A DNA stretch of 64,000 nucleotides. Origin: an uncultured Rhodobacter sp. (lineage in GTDB: Bacteria > Pseudomonadota > Alphaproteobacteria > Rhodobacterales > Rhodobacteraceae). A program made the translations under genes and the position numbers. The DNA lies in contig CAZCAX010000002.1 of assembly GCA_964496915.1 (NCBI GenBank), positions 247,553 to 311,552 of the forward strand, read 5' to 3'. Shown one piece after another: positions 1-10,576 of the stretch. How positions within the stretch are numbered: the first letter of the stretch is position 1; each line of letters begins with the position of its first letter. Below the pieces are notes generated by a model. That model was not told where the DNA came from. It was given only the letters and a program-made list of their open reading frames with translations, and searched no databases.

Positions 1-618
1 GTGCTGGATGCGGCTGGCGACCTCGAAGCGGTTTACGACAAGCATCATCTGGTGCCCTTCGGTGAATATGTCCCCGTTCTGGGCCCGTTGGCAGAATGGC
101 TGGGGCTGGACTGGGTTTCGGGCTTTGCGGCGCAGGCGCTTGCCGGCTACACAGCCGGCCCCGGACCGCGCTTGCTGGATCTGGGGGAGCGGGGCCGCGT
201 CTTGCCGCTGATCTGCTATGAAGCGATCTTTCCGCGCCACCTGCGCACGGCCCAGCGGCCAGACTGGATCTTGCAGATCACCAATGATGCGTGGTTCGGC
301 GAATGGATCGGCCCGTTCCAGCATCTGGCGCAGACACGGCTACGGGCGATCGAACAAGGGCTGCCAGTGGTGCGTGCGGCCAATACCGGCGTGTCGGCGG
401 TGATCGATGCGCGCGGGCAGATTGCGCAGGCGCTTGGCCTTAACGAGATGGGCCATGTCGATGCCGACCTGCCCGGCGTGCTGGAACCGACGATTTATTC
501 ACGTTTCTCTGACACTCTGTGGCATCTGCTGTTACTTGCGGGGGTTCTGGCGGCGCTTGTGCGTGGATTGCGTGAAAACCGATTGACGCGCCGTGCTCAA
601 AGGGCTAGCCGCATCTGA
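1..618 (+). CDS. lnt: Apolipoprotein N-acyltransferase, C-terminal part (5' end outside window)
   Basis: Translation has the nitrilase/CN-hydrolase-type Lnt C-terminus (KHHLVPFGEYVP..., ICYEAIFP, ITNDAWFG) and a terminal TM segment. The ORF runs from the window edge. Confidence 0.8.
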   Translation: MLDAAGDLEAVYDKHHLVPFGEYVPVLGPLAEWLGLDWVSGFAAQALAGYTAGPGPRLLDLGERGRVLPLICYEAIFPRHLRTAQRPDWILQITNDAWFGEWIGPFQHLAQTRLRAIEQGLPVVRAANTGVSAVIDARGQIAQALGLNEMGHVDADLPGVLEPTIYSRFSDTLWHLLLLAGVLAALVRGLRENRLTRRAQRASRI

Positions 619-619
619 T

Positions 620-664
620 CCGTCACAACGGCTTCCTGGCGTGACGGCTAATTGCAATGGAGCA
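620..664 (+). promoter_or_regulatory. SAM/SAH-type riboswitch in the metK leader
   Basis: CCGUCAC-AACGGCUUCCUGGC-GUGACGG hairpin (620-647). Downstream UGGAGCA (658-664) can pair with loop GCUUCC as an H-type pseudoknot and is also the metK Shine-Dalgarno, 8 nt before ATG 673. This matches my memory of the SAM/SAH motif core (CACAACGGCUUCCUG ... GGAGC), reported upstream of metK in Rhodobacterales. Confidence 0.75.
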
Positions 665-672
665 CTCTCAAC

Positions 673-1857
673 ATGACTCGGCAGAATTACGTATTCACTT
701 CGGAATCCGTTTCCGAAGGACACCCTGACAAGGTCTGTGACCGGATTTCCGACGCCGTTCTGGACTATCTTCTGGCCGAGGACCCCAGCGCGCGCGTCGC
801 CTGCGAAACCTTCGCCACAACCGGGCTGGTCGTGATCGGCGGCGAAATTGGCCTGCCGGCGCGTGATGGCCGGCCGGGCGGCGAGCGGCTGAAGGACGTG
901 ATGGGGCGCATTCCCCAGATCGCGCGCGACTGCATCCGCGATATCGGCTACGAGCAGGAAAAGTTTCATTGGAACACCTGCCATGTGCTGAACTTCCTGC
1001 ACGAACAATCGGTCGATATCGCACAGGGTGTCGAACGTGAAGGTGCAGGGGATCAGGGGATCATGTTCGGCTATGCCGTCGACGAGACGCCCGAACTGAT
1101 GCCGGCCCCGATCCTGTACTCGCACGCGATCCTGCGGCGGTTGGCCGAGGCGCGCAAATCGGGCGAATTGCCGATGCTGGGGCCGGATGCCAAGAGCCAG
1201 CTGACGATCCGCTACGCCGATGGCAAACCGGTCGAGGTGATGCAACTGGTGGTGTCGCATCAGCATCTGGACCCGACGCTGAGCAGCGCTGACGTGCAGG
1301 CGATCGTGCGGCCCTATATCGAGGAGGTTCTGCCCGAGGGCTGGATCAACGGTGGCACCGAATGGCATATCAACCCGACCGGCAAGTTCCTGATCGGCGG
1401 GCCGGATGGTGATGCGGGCCTGACCGGTCGCAAAATCATCGTCGATACCTATGGCGGTGCCGCGCCGCATGGCGGTGGGGCGTTTTCTGGCAAGGATCCG
1501 ACGAAGGTTGACCGCTCGGCCGCCTATGCCGCGCGCTATCTGGCCAAGAACGTTGTGGCCGCCGGGCTTGCGAAGCGCTGCACCTTGCAGATTTCCTACG
1601 CCATCGGCGTTGCGCGGCCGCTGTCGATCTATGTCGATACGCATGGAACCGGCATTGTGCCCGACAGCGAGATCGAGAAAGCCGTGGCGCAGGCGATGGA
1701 CCTTACGCCACGCGGCATTCGCGAGCATCTGGGGCTGGACCGCCCGATCTATGCCCGCACTGCCGCTTACGGTCATTTCGGCCGTGCTCCGGAAGCGGAT
1801 GGCGGATTCAGCTGGGAACGAACTGATCTGGCCGAGGTACTGAAAAAGGCGCTCTGA
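673..1857 (+). CDS. metK: S-adenosylmethionine synthetase
   Basis: [57 protein letters not shown]. Start moved from TTG 652 to ATG 673, which follows GGAG. Confidence 0.97.
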   Translation: MTRQNYVFTSESVSEGHPDKVCDRISDAVLDYLLAEDPSARVACETFATTGLVVIGGEIGLPARDGRPGGERLKDVMGRIPQIARDCIRDIGYEQEKFHWNTCHVLNFLHEQSVDIAQGVEREGAGDQGIMFGYAVDETPELMPAPILYSHAILRRLAEARKSGELPMLGPDAKSQLTIRYADGKPVEVMQLVVSHQHLDPTLSSADVQAIVRPYIEEVLPEGWINGGTEWHINPTGKFLIGGPDGDAGLTGRKIIVDTYGGAAPHGGGAFSGKDPTKVDRSAAYAARYLAKNVVAAGLAKRCTLQISYAIGVARPLSIYVDTHGTGIVPDSEIEKAVAQAMDLTPRGIREHLGLDRPIYARTAAYGHFGRAPEADGGFSWERTDLAEVLKKAL

Positions 1858-1877
1858 TACCGTTCCGCACGCGTACG

Positions 1878-1912
1878 CGCCGCCTCGGGGGCATCGAGCC
1901 CCCTCGGCGGCG
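1878..1912 (+). terminator. GC-rich hairpin after metK (possible terminator, no clear U-tract)
   Basis: CGCCGCC..GGGGGC-ATCGA-GCCCCC..GGCGGCG: 7+6 bp stem with a 2-nt internal mismatch, 21 nt after the metK stop. Confidence 0.4.
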
Positions 1913-2024
1913 TTGCCACGGACGGCTGCGACTCGCCGTTTGCAGGCGCAGGGTTCGGGCGCGGGGCTTGTGCGGTGCCAGCGGTTTCCCGTAACCCGCC
2001 AGTATCGCTTGCAATGCATTCTGG

Positions 2025-2735
2025 ATGACGATGACCAATTCTTCCTTCCCGCCACCCGCCAAGCGTAATTTCTATGGACGGGTGCATGGCAAGACCCTGC
2101 GTCCGAGCCAGAAGCTCTATCTGGCCGAGGATCTGGATGCCGTGCGGCTGCATGGTGTCTCGCGGGCGGAGAACCCGGAGCGTACGGCGCTTGATCTGTC
2201 GGCGGCGCTGCCCGGCGATGGCCCCTTGTGGCTGGAGATCGGTTTTGGCGGCGGCGAGCATATGGTGCATATGGCGCAGCGTTATCCGGAGGTTCGGCTG
2301 ATCGGCTGCGAGCCTTTCGTCAACGGCATAGCGATGGCGCTGGGCCGGATGCGCGCGGTGTCGCTTACCAATCTGCGCCTGCATCCCGGCGACGTCCGTG
2401 ATCTTTTCGATGTCTTGCCGGCAGGCTGTCTGGAGCGCGTGTTCCTCAACTACCCCGATCCCTGGCCCAAGGCGCGCCACCATCGCCGCCGTTTCGTCAC
2501 ACCCGAACATTTGCTGCCTTTGGCGCGATGCTGTGCGCCCGGCGCGGAATTCAGGGTAGCAACCGACATTCCCGATTATGTCCGGCAAACGCTGGAAGAA
2601 GTTCCCAAGGCGGGGTTCGCGTTGCTTTCGCAAGGGGGTGAGCCCTGGGCTGACTGGATCTCGACGCGCTATGAGCAAAAGGCGCTGCGCGAGGGCAGGG
2701 TGCCGCATTATCTGACGTTCACGCGACAGGGATGA
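2025..2735 (+). CDS. trmB: tRNA (guanine-N7)-methyltransferase
   Basis: LEIGFGGGEH, NYPDPWPKARHHRRRF and YEQKAL motifs typical of TrmB. Confidence 0.9.
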   Translation: MTMTNSSFPPPAKRNFYGRVHGKTLRPSQKLYLAEDLDAVRLHGVSRAENPERTALDLSAALPGDGPLWLEIGFGGGEHMVHMAQRYPEVRLIGCEPFVNGIAMALGRMRAVSLTNLRLHPGDVRDLFDVLPAGCLERVFLNYPDPWPKARHHRRRFVTPEHLLPLARCCAPGAEFRVATDIPDYVRQTLEEVPKAGFALLSQGGEPWADWISTRYEQKALREGRVPHYLTFTRQG

Positions 2736-2833
2736 GGCCGGAGATCCGGCGCAGCATCACCGAGAGCGCATCTGCTGAACGGGGTGCAGGTCTGGCCTGT
2801 CCGCCGGGGCGCATCGAATCTTTTCTGGTAATC

Positions 2834-2907
2834 TGGAGCGGGTAGCGGGAATCGAACCCGCGCGTTCAGCTTGGGAAGCTGACAGGCTACCATTACATCA
2901 TACCCGC
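2834..2907 (-). tRNA. tRNA-Gly (anticodon CCC), CCA encoded
   Basis: Reverse complement GCGGGTATGATGTAATGGTAGCCTGTCAGCTTCCCAAGCTGAACGCGCGGGTTCGATTCCCGCTACCCGCTCCA. It has a 7-bp acceptor stem, anticodon arm TCAGC/TTCCCAA/GCTGA and T-arm GCGGG/TTCGATT/CCCGC, with one D-stem mismatch. Closely resembles E. coli tRNA-Gly(CCC) as I recall it. Confidence 0.88.
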
Positions 2908-2978
2908 CTGTGCGCGCGGTCTAGCCCCGGTGCGGTGCAGCGTCAAGAGGCTGCGATCCGCGCGCATTGACGAAATCC

Positions 2979-3479
2979 TCAGAACGGGATTTCGTCATCC
3001 ATGTCCGATGGTCCGCCAAATCCGCCACCTTGCGAGCCGCCTTGCGATCCGCCGCGTGCACCGCCCCCCCCGTAGCCGCCACCCGAGGAATCGCTGCCAT
3101 AACCACCTCCGGCGCCGCCCTCGCCGCCGCGCCCGTCAAGAAGCGTCAGGTTGCCGCTGAAGGGCCGCAGGACAACTTCGGTCGAATAGCGGTCGGCACC
3201 GCTTTGATCCTGCCATTTGCGGGTTTCAAGCTGGCCCTCGATGTAGACTTTCGAACCTTTGCGCAGATATTGCTCGGCGATCCGACCCAGAGGCTCGGAG
3301 AAGATGGCGACCGAGTGCCATTCGGTGCGCTCACGCCGCTCGCCCGAGGCCTTGTCGCGCCAGGTTTCCGAAGTGGCGATACGCAGGTTAACCACCTTGC
3401 CGCCGTTAGGAAAGCTGCGCACCTCGGGATCGCGGCCGAGATTGCCGATGAGGATGACCTTGTTGACCGAGCCTGCCAT
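2979..3479 (-). CDS. ssb: Single-stranded DNA-binding protein
   Basis: [21 protein letters not shown]..., OB fold, Gly-rich linker and C-terminal acidic tip DDEIPF. Confidence 0.96.
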   Translation of the reverse strand: MAGSVNKVILIGNLGRDPEVRSFPNGGKVVNLRIATSETWRDKASGERRERTEWHSVAIFSEPLGRIAEQYLRKGSKVYIEGQLETRKWQDQSGADRYSTEVVLRPFSGNLTLLDGRGGEGGAGGGYGSDSSGGGYGGGGARGGSQGGSQGGGFGGPSDMDDEIPF

Positions 3480-3682
3480 GCGCTGTTTCCTTTTCCCGAG
3501 CGTTCCGAATCTGACTGCCCTTCTGCCTACACCACGCGATCAGGCTTGAAAATTGGTTAAAGGCGGTTGGCGCGGATCGGAACGCAAGCGGGGGCGCTTG
3601 TGCTTGGCCCGGCTGGTGTTTGGGGGTATAGTCCGGCTACCGTGCAGGCGATCGGCGGGAAGGCAGCGGAAGGCACAAGCGA

Positions 3683-4285
3683 ATGATCCGGAAGGGCGGA
3701 GCAATCGGAGCGCTGGCGATCGCGGCGCTGGTCGCAGGCGAAGCGGGGGCCAGTGGGCTTCGGCTGGGCAGCGGCAGTGGCGGGTCGCGCCAGGACGTGA
3801 TGCGCAACCAGACCCGGCTGATCGATTCCCGGCTTTCCACGCAATACTCGGCATCGACCCGGCATTTGCCACCCTCGGCGCGCAGTGATACCGCCATTCC
3901 CGCGTATGGCGGAACCTATCGTGGCCCGTTCCTGGACCTTGCCCGCGCTGCAGCGCGCCGCCACAATGTGCCGGAAGAGCTGTTTCTGCGACTGGTGCAT
4001 CAGGAAAGCCGCTGGAACCCTGCAGCGGTGTCGCATGCCGGGGCGCGCGGGCTGGCACAACTCATGCCCGATACGGCGCTTCTGCTGGGCGTCAATGCCG
4101 ATGATCCACGCCAGAACCTGGATGGCGGCGCTCGGTATCTGCGAATGATGTATGAGCGGTTTGGTGACTGGCGCTTGGCGCTTGCGGCCTACAACGCCGG
4201 GCCTGAGGCCGTGCAACGCCACAACGGCATCCCTCCTTTCCGCGAGACCACCGATTACGTGCGTATCGTGCTGGGGTCTGGCTGA
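3683..4285 (+). CDS. Lytic transglycosylase (SLT domain) protein, secreted
   Basis: N-terminal signal-like segment. SLT catalytic block [29 protein letters not shown] and [10 protein letters not shown]. Confidence 0.85.
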   Translation: MIRKGGAIGALAIAALVAGEAGASGLRLGSGSGGSRQDVMRNQTRLIDSRLSTQYSASTRHLPPSARSDTAIPAYGGTYRGPFLDLARAAARRHNVPEELFLRLVHQESRWNPAAVSHAGARGLAQLMPDTALLLGVNADDPRQNLDGGARYLRMMYERFGDWRLALAAYNAGPEAVQRHNGIPPFRETTDYVRIVLGSG

Positions 4286-4312
4286 GGGCAAAATGGGGCT
4301 TCGGCGCTGTCT

Positions 4313-4356
4313 GGCCTGCGGCAATTCACCCCGAGGATACTTCCGCACAGAGAATG
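4313..4356. repeat. Intergenic repeat family, copy A (core only)
   Basis: GGCCTGCGGCAATTCACCCCGAGGATACTTCCGCACAGAGAATG, near-identical to the core at 36487-36530. Lies between convergent stops (4285 / 4372). Confidence 0.75.
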
Positions 4357-4371
4357 AGTCGCGTCCGGCCC

Positions 4372-5208
4372 TTACAAGCGTGGAACGACGGGGCCCTGGA
4401 GGGGTTTCTTGCGAAAGGCCGAGGGTGTCATTCCGGCGGTTTTCTGAAAGGCGCGGGTGAAATAGCCAGCCGAGTTGTAGCCCAGATGCCGTGCAATCTC
4501 GTTGATCGGCATGCGGGTCTCGGTCAGCAACCGGCGGGCCTCGAACAAGGTGCGGTCTTCGAGCAGCATATGCGCGCTACGCCCACATGTGGCGCGGCAG
4601 GCGCGGGTAAGATGCGTGGCGGTGACACCCAGCGCACCGGCATATTCACTGACCGAAAGGTTGGAGCGGAAGTCACGCTCAAGCAGCGCCGCGTATCTTG
4701 CCACCAACCGTTGCGCGGCGATCGGGCGACCGGGGAGGATATCGGTGTTGGTTTCGCGCTCGATCTGTCGGTCCAGCCAGACGCTCAGAAGGCCAAGGTG
4801 ATGCCGGGCCGCGCGTGCAGCGCTGGCGCGGGTGCTCTCAAGCTCGCGCTGGATGTTTTCGAGGATCGCGACCAGTTCCTTTTGCGAAACCGGATCGCGC
4901 GGGCGCAGGAACTGTGGCGTGGCGGGAAGGTCCAGGTCGTGCTTGCGCCCGAAAAACACCGCAGTGCCCTGCACCCGCGGCGCGATCTCGAAGCCATGCA
5001 TGACGCCGGGCGGGATGAAGATGGCGTTATGCGGCCCGTAGCCGCGCGTTGTGCCCGCCACGGTGATCCGGCCCTGACCCTGCGTGAACCACAAAAGCAC
5101 CGGCTCTCGCAGGGAACGCATCGCCTCGACGCGCCAGCGGCCACCGGCGGCAAGCCGGGCGATGGGGGTAAGGCGCAGGGCCGAGGGGGCGTCGGGGATG
5201 ATTGTCAT
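4372..5208 (-). CDS. AraC-family transcriptional regulator (cupin + HTH)
   Basis: C-terminal double HTH: SVSEYAGALGVTATHLTRACR ... INEIARHLGYNSAGYFTRAFQKTAGMTPSAFR. Confidence 0.85.
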   Translation of the reverse strand: MTIIPDAPSALRLTPIARLAAGGRWRVEAMRSLREPVLLWFTQGQGRITVAGTTRGYGPHNAIFIPPGVMHGFEIAPRVQGTAVFFGRKHDLDLPATPQFLRPRDPVSQKELVAILENIQRELESTRASAARAARHHLGLLSVWLDRQIERETNTDILPGRPIAAQRLVARYAALLERDFRSNLSVSEYAGALGVTATHLTRACRATCGRSAHMLLEDRTLFEARRLLTETRMPINEIARHLGYNSAGYFTRAFQKTAGMTPSAFRKKPLQGPVVPRL

Positions 5209-5291
5209 GGCGGACCTTCTGGCGGGCGATTATGGCCAGCCTAAGGAACCAATCGCGGCAAACCCAAGACATTTTCCCACTTTTGCGCCAC

Positions 5292-5313
5292 AAAACCCCG
5301 CATCGTGCCGGGG
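5292..5313 (-). terminator. Rho-independent terminator after miaA
   Basis: On the minus strand: CCCCG-GCACGATG-CGGGG followed by UUUU, about 27 nt after the miaA stop. Confidence 0.45.
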
Positions 5314-5339
5314 CGTTGCAGAAAGGTTACGCAGGTTTT

Positions 5340-6239
5340 TCAGGGAATATCGTGCCTTTGCCAGGCTTTCATCCGGTTGCGAAACCAGCTGCGTTGGCGC
5401 TTGGCGTATTGACGGGTGGCAAGTGTTGCGTCGGCCTCGGCCTTCGCCAACGATATCTGGCCCCGCAGATAGGCAATCAGCTCGGACGCGCCGATGGCGC
5501 GGGTCCAGAGCGGGGCCGAAGGCTGGCCGGCATCGGGGGGCCAGTAGGGCAGGGCGGCGCGAGCCTCCTCCAGGGCGCCCTCGCGAATCATCGCCGCGAA
5601 TCGGGCGCTGATTCGGTCGTTGAGCCAATCGCGGCCCGGCATCAGGAGCAGCGCGGTGGCCGCTTCGAGCGGCAGGAGCGGCGGGCCGGTTTCAGCCTGC
5701 CATGCCGCCAGCCCGCGCCCGGTCGCCTGAAGAACTTCCCAGGCGCGTTGCAGGCGGGCCGGGTTCTGGCGGTCGATGCGGGCGGCGGTTTGCGCGTCCA
5801 GCCCGGCCAGAAATGCTGCCGGCCCTCTGTCGCGCAACAGCGCATCGGCGCGGGCGCGGATATCGGGCGGAGTGGGGGGGATGGCGGCCAGCCCCTCGGT
5901 CAGTGCCGAGAGATAAAGCCCGGTGCCACCGACAATGACCGCGTCGGGGTAGCGTGCTAGAAGCGGTGCGACGTCGCGAAGCCAGTGACCCACGGAATAA
6001 TCCGCCCCGCGCGGCACATGGCCATAAAGAAAATGCGGCACCTGTGCCAGATCGGCGGCCGGTGGCCGGGCGGTCAGAACCGACCAGCTTTCATGGACCT
6101 GCAAGGCGTCGGCATTGATGATCACCCGCCCCTGCGCGACCGCAATGCGCAGCGCCAGGGCGGATTTTCCACTGGCCGTCGGCCCGGCGATAAGCACCGG
6201 GCGCGCAGGATCAGGCAGGGTGAGGGACAAGTCGTGCAT
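5340..6239 (-). CDS. miaA: tRNA dimethylallyltransferase
   Basis: PVLIAGPTASGKSALAL P-loop, HVPHFLYGH, overall MiaA layout. Start moved to Met at 6239 (MHDLSL...), giving about 299 aa. Confidence 0.9.
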   Translation of the reverse strand: MHDLSLTLPDPARPVLIAGPTASGKSALALRIAVAQGRVIINADALQVHESWSVLTARPPAADLAQVPHFLYGHVPRGADYSVGHWLRDVAPLLARYPDAVIVGGTGLYLSALTEGLAAIPPTPPDIRARADALLRDRGPAAFLAGLDAQTAARIDRQNPARLQRAWEVLQATGRGLAAWQAETGPPLLPLEAATALLLMPGRDWLNDRISARFAAMIREGALEEARAALPYWPPDAGQPSAPLWTRAIGASELIAYLRGQISLAKAEADATLATRQYAKRQRSWFRNRMKAWQRHDIP

Positions 6240-6391
6240 GAGAGGCGCCGAACCGCTTAACCGGAAAGAATTGTCGTTGAACCTGGCCCCCGTTTGCGAC
6301 ATTTTGCGCCCGAATGAAACCACTCCCATTTGGCTGCCCGTCTGCCCGGCTTTGCGCGGCCGCGTGGGCCGAGGCAAGGAAAGGCCCCCCA

Positions 6392-7117
6392 ATGACCGAT
6401 AACGCCCCTACAAGCTATCGCCGCGTGATGCTCAAGATCTCGGGCGAGGCCCTTATGGGCGATCAGGGATACGGTTTGCACCCGCCGACCGTTCAGCGCA
6501 TCGCGCAAGAGGTGAAGTCGGTGCACGATATGGGTGTCGAGATCTGCATGGTGATCGGCGGCGGCAACATCTTTCGCGGACTGGCAGGCAGCGCGCAGGG
6601 GATGGAGCGCACCACCGCCGATTACATGGGCATGCTGGCGACCGTGATGAACGCGCTGGCCATGCAATCGGCGCTGGAAAGCCTGGGCGTGTTCACCCGC
6701 GTGATCAGTGCTATTCCGATGGATCAGGTCTGCGAGCCCTATATCCGCCGCCGCGCCGTGCGCCACCTTGAGAAAAAGCGCGTCTGCATCTTTGCGGCCG
6801 GCACCGGCAACCCCTATTTCACCACCGATACCGCCGCCACGCTGCGCGCCAATGAAATGGCCTGCGAGGCGATTTTCAAGGGCACCAAGGTGGATGGCGT
6901 CTATGACAAGGATCCCAAGAAACACGCCGATGCGAAACGCTATGACTGTGTCAGCTATGACGAGGTGCTGCAAAAGAACCTCGGCGTGATGGATGCGTCA
7001 GCGATCGCGCTGGCGCGCGACAACAATCTGCCGATCATTGTGTTCTCGCTTGACGAGCCGGGCGGGTTTCGCGGCATCCTGCGCGGTGAAGGAACTTATA
7101 CGCGCGTGCAGGGATGA
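6392..7117 (+). CDS. pyrH: UMP kinase
   Basis: [41 protein letters not shown]. Start at ATG 6392. Confidence 0.96.
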   Translation: MTDNAPTSYRRVMLKISGEALMGDQGYGLHPPTVQRIAQEVKSVHDMGVEICMVIGGGNIFRGLAGSAQGMERTTADYMGMLATVMNALAMQSALESLGVFTRVISAIPMDQVCEPYIRRRAVRHLEKKRVCIFAAGTGNPYFTTDTAATLRANEMACEAIFKGTKVDGVYDKDPKKHADAKRYDCVSYDEVLQKNLGVMDASAIALARDNNLPIIVFSLDEPGGFRGILRGEGTYTRVQG

Positions 7118-7233
7118 GGCCGATTCGTATAACGGTGGCATTCCGGCGAGGGCCGGTATAAACGTGTATCAAGCCTGTGTTGCGGCCTGTCCGGGCTAGC
7201 AGCCGACACGATAAACAAGACGAGAAGCACCAC

Positions 7234-7797
7234 ATGTCCGACGAAATCGAAATCGATACCGACGATCTGCAGCGCCGGATGGAAGGAGCGCTGACATCCC
7301 TGCGCACCGAGTTTTCCAGTTTGCGCACCGGTCGGGCCTCGGCCTCGATGCTGGAGCCGATCCAGGTGGAATCCTATGGCCAGATGACACCGATCAACCA
7401 GGTCGGCACCGTCAACGTGCCCGAGCCGCGCATGGTCACCATCAATGTCTGGGACAAGGCGATGGTCAGCAAGGTTGAGAAAGCGATCCGTGAAAGCGGG
7501 CTGGGGATCAACCCGCAGCTGAACGGCACCATCATCATGCTGCCGATCCCCGAACTGAACGAGGAACGCCGCCGCGAACTGACCAAGGTTGCCGCGGGCT
7601 ACGCCGAACATGCCCGTGTCGCCATCCGCAACGTTCGCCGCGACGGTATGGACCAGCTCAAGAAGGCCAAGGCCGCAGGCATGGGCGAGGACGAGAACAA
7701 GCTCTGGTCCGAGGAAGTGCAGGAACTGACGAACAAGTATATCGCCCAGGTGGACAAGGCGCTGGAGGCCAAGCAGGAAGAGATCATGCAGGTCTGA
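7234..7797 (+). CDS. frr: Ribosome recycling factor
   Basis: [35 protein letters not shown]. Start at ATG 7234, about 187 aa. Confidence 0.96.
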   Translation: MSDEIEIDTDDLQRRMEGALTSLRTEFSSLRTGRASASMLEPIQVESYGQMTPINQVGTVNVPEPRMVTINVWDKAMVSKVEKAIRESGLGINPQLNGTIIMLPIPELNEERRRELTKVAAGYAEHARVAIRNVRRDGMDQLKKAKAAGMGEDENKLWSEEVQELTNKYIAQVDKALEAKQEEIMQV

Positions 7798-7855
7798 TCT
7801 GACCGCACCAGCTCATATTAGCCCCCTGTATCGTATTTCCGCCTACGGAGTTTTT

Positions 7856-8575
7856 ATGTCTTCAATTGCTGCCTCAGCGCCCAAGCATGTCGCCATCATC
7901 ATGGATGGAAATGGCCGATGGGCAACGCAGAAGGGCTGGCCGCGGCTGGTGGGGCATCGCAAGGGTGCCGAGCGGGTCAAGGCGATCGTGCGCGCCGCGC
8001 CCGATCTGGGGGTGAAATGGCTGACAATCTACGCCTTTTCGACCGAGAACTGGAAACGCTCCACCGAAGAGGTGATCGGCCTGATGGGGCTGTTTGCCCG
8101 TTACATCCAGCGCGAGGCCGAGGATATGTCCCGCGAAGGTGTGCGGATGCGGTTTATCGGTGACCGTTCAAGGCTGGATGTGAAGCTGCAGGATCTGATG
8201 CGCTGGATCGAAGAGCGCACAAGCGGAAACACCCATGTCAACCTGACCGTGGCAATCAATTATGGCGGGCGCAATGAGCTGACGCGCGCCGCACGCAAGC
8301 TGGTGACGCAGGCAATCGAGAGCGGGCAGGACCCGTCCACGATCGACGACGAGGCGGTTTCGCGTGCGCTTGATACCCATGACATTCCGGACCCTGATCT
8401 GGTGATCCGCACCTCGGGCGAGACGCGCGTGTCGAACTTCCTGCTCTGGCAGGCGGCTTATGCCGAATATGAGTTCACGCCCGTCCTGTGGCCGGATTTC
8501 ACGCCCGAGGTGTTCACAGAAATCCTCGGCCGCTATGGCGCGCGTGAGCGTCGTTTCGGCGGTGTGGGGACATGA
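7856..8575 (+). CDS. uppS: Isoprenyl transferase (undecaprenyl-diphosphate synthase)
   Basis: HVAIIMDGNGRWA, YAFSTENWKRS, RTSGETRVSNFLLWQAAYAE. Confidence 0.96.
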   Translation: MSSIAASAPKHVAIIMDGNGRWATQKGWPRLVGHRKGAERVKAIVRAAPDLGVKWLTIYAFSTENWKRSTEEVIGLMGLFARYIQREAEDMSREGVRMRFIGDRSRLDVKLQDLMRWIEERTSGNTHVNLTVAINYGGRNELTRAARKLVTQAIESGQDPSTIDDEAVSRALDTHDIPDPDLVIRTSGETRVSNFLLWQAAYAEYEFTPVLWPDFTPEVFTEILGRYGARERRFGGVGT

Positions 8576-9378
8576 ATGTTGCCCGTTTCGGCGATCTGAA
8601 GGCGCGGGTTCTCTCGGCGCTGGTGATGGTCGCTGTCGGTTTTGGTGCGCTTTGGGCGGGCGGGCATTATCTGGCCGCGCTGGCGGTGGTTCTTTCAGGG
8701 CTTCTGGGCTGGGAGCTTTATCGCATGGTCGTGCCCGATGCCCCGCAGGGCCGGGCCGAGGCGCATGGCGTGGTCGCTGCCATCGTGGTTGCAGTGTTTT
8801 CCTATACATGGGGTGGGTTGGTTTCGGTTGCCGGGCTGGTGTTGGCGGCGGCGCTCCTGGGCGCGCGTGTGCCGCGCGACGGGCGCATCTTCGGAGCCTA
8901 CATGGCGTTGATCCTGCTGGCTGGCCACGGTTTCATCGTGCTCAGGGGCGAATACGGGCTGGCCTGGGTGCTGTGGCTGGTGCTGATCGTCATTGCCTCG
9001 GATGTGGCGGGGTACTTTGCTGGCCGGGTGATCGGCGGGCCGAAATTCTGGCCCCGGTTCAGCCCCAAGAAAACATGGTCTGGCACGGTGGCGGGCTGGA
9101 TGCTGGCGGCCGTTGTGGGGTATGTGTTCATGGATATTCTGGGCACGGGGGCCTGGCTGATTGCCGTGTCCGCGCTCTTGGCCTTTGCCGGGCAGATGGG
9201 CGATATTGCTGAAAGTGCCATCAAGCGGCGTTATGGAATCAAGGACAGTTCCAACCTGATCCCCGGTCATGGCGGCGTGCTGGACCGGTTCGACGCGATG
9301 ATTGCCGTCACGGCACTGGCGCTGCTGCTTGCGCAGTCCGGCATCCTGCGGGCGCTTGGCGGCGGGGAGGCTGGCTGA
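8572..9378 (+). CDS. cdsA: Phosphatidate cytidylyltransferase
   Basis: Polytopic membrane protein with C-terminal signature SAIKRRYGIKDSSNLIPGHGGVLDRFD. ATGA overlap with uppS. Confidence 0.92.
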   Translation: MNVARFGDLKARVLSALVMVAVGFGALWAGGHYLAALAVVLSGLLGWELYRMVVPDAPQGRAEAHGVVAAIVVAVFSYTWGGLVSVAGLVLAAALLGARVPRDGRIFGAYMALILLAGHGFIVLRGEYGLAWVLWLVLIVIASDVAGYFAGRVIGGPKFWPRFSPKKTWSGTVAGWMLAAVVGYVFMDILGTGAWLIAVSALLAFAGQMGDIAESAIKRRYGIKDSSNLIPGHGGVLDRFDAMIAVTALALLLAQSGILRALGGGEAG

Positions 9379-10565
9379 TGCGCAGGGTTTCGGTTTTTGG
9401 TTCTACCGGGTCAGTGGGTGAAAGCACGCTGGACCTTCTGACACACCGCCCCGGCGTGAAGGTGGCGGTGCTGACCGGTGGGCGCAATGTTGCGCGGCTG
9501 GCCGAGCAGGCGCGCGCGCATGGCGCGGAACTGGCGGTGACAGCGTTCGAGGAATGTTACCGCGACCTGAAAGAGGCGCTGGCGGGCAGCGGGATCGAGG
9601 TGGCGGGCGGCCCCGGCGCGGTGGTTGAGGCAGCCTACCGACCCGCTGATTGGGTAATGTCGGCGATTGTCGGCGCTGCGGGGCTGGCGCCGGGTTTCGC
9701 GGCGCTGTCGCAGGGCAAGGTTCTGGCGCTGGCCAACAAGGAATCACTGGTTACCGCAGGCCCGCTCCTGCTTGCCGAGGCCCGCGCGCATGGCGCGACC
9801 GTCCTGCCGGTGGACAGCGAGCATTCGGCGGTGTTTCAGGCACTGACGGGCGAAGACATCGCCTCGGTCGAAAAGGTGATCCTGACGGCATCGGGCGGCG
9901 GGCTGCGCGACTGGCCGCTTGCCAGGCTGGCCGAAGCCTCGGTGGCTGACGCCGGGTCGCATCCCAACTGGTCGATGGGCCAGCGCATCACCATCGATTC
10001 GGCCAGCATGTTCAACAAGGCCATGGAAGTGATCGAAGCGCACGAGTTTTTCGGGCTGCGGCCTGATCAGATCGAGGTGCTGATCCATCCGCAATCGCTG
10101 GTCCATGCGCTGGTGGGGTTCACTGACGGGGCGCTGATGGCGCATCTGGGTGCGCCGGACATGCGCCATCCGATCGGCTATGCGCTCAACTGGCCGGATC
10201 GTGCCGATCTGCCGGTTGCCCGGCTGGATCTGGCGCAGGTGGGAAGGCTGGATTTCGCCGCCCCCGACATGCGCCGCTATCCGGCGCTTGAACTGGCGCG
10301 ACAGGTGATGGCCACAGGCGGGGCGGCAGGTGCGGTGTTCAATGCCGCCAAGGAGGTCGCGCTGGACCGGTTCATTGCCGGTGATATCCGGTTTACGGAA
10401 ATGGCCACCGTCGTTGAACAAACACTGGAAACCTTCGCCGCCAGTGCCGATATGGGCAAGGCGCCCGCCTCGCTGGCCGAGGTGCTTGAAACGGATACCG
10501 AGGCGCGTGGGCTGGCCGGGCAGATCGGTCGGACGCGCCACCGCGTCAATTCCGGCGCGGCTTGA
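9378..10565 (+). CDS. dxr: 1-deoxy-D-xylulose 5-phosphate reductoisomerase
   Basis: VSVFGSTGSVGESTLDL, LANKESLV, PVDSEHSA, HPNWSMG. Confidence 0.96.
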   Translation: MRRVSVFGSTGSVGESTLDLLTHRPGVKVAVLTGGRNVARLAEQARAHGAELAVTAFEECYRDLKEALAGSGIEVAGGPGAVVEAAYRPADWVMSAIVGAAGLAPGFAALSQGKVLALANKESLVTAGPLLLAEARAHGATVLPVDSEHSAVFQALTGEDIASVEKVILTASGGGLRDWPLARLAEASVADAGSHPNWSMGQRITIDSASMFNKAMEVIEAHEFFGLRPDQIEVLIHPQSLVHALVGFTDGALMAHLGAPDMRHPIGYALNWPDRADLPVARLDLAQVGRLDFAAPDMRRYPALELARQVMATGGAAGAVFNAAKEVALDRFIAGDIRFTEMATVVEQTLETFAASADMGKAPASLAEVLETDTEARGLAGQIGRTRHRVNSGAA

Positions 10566-10576
10566 GGAGCTAGTAA

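Noticed and set aside
532-2055. 507-aa minus-strand ORF covering metK
   Set aside because: It is antisense to metK and to the SAM/SAH riboswitch. Its composition is typical of GC shadow frames.
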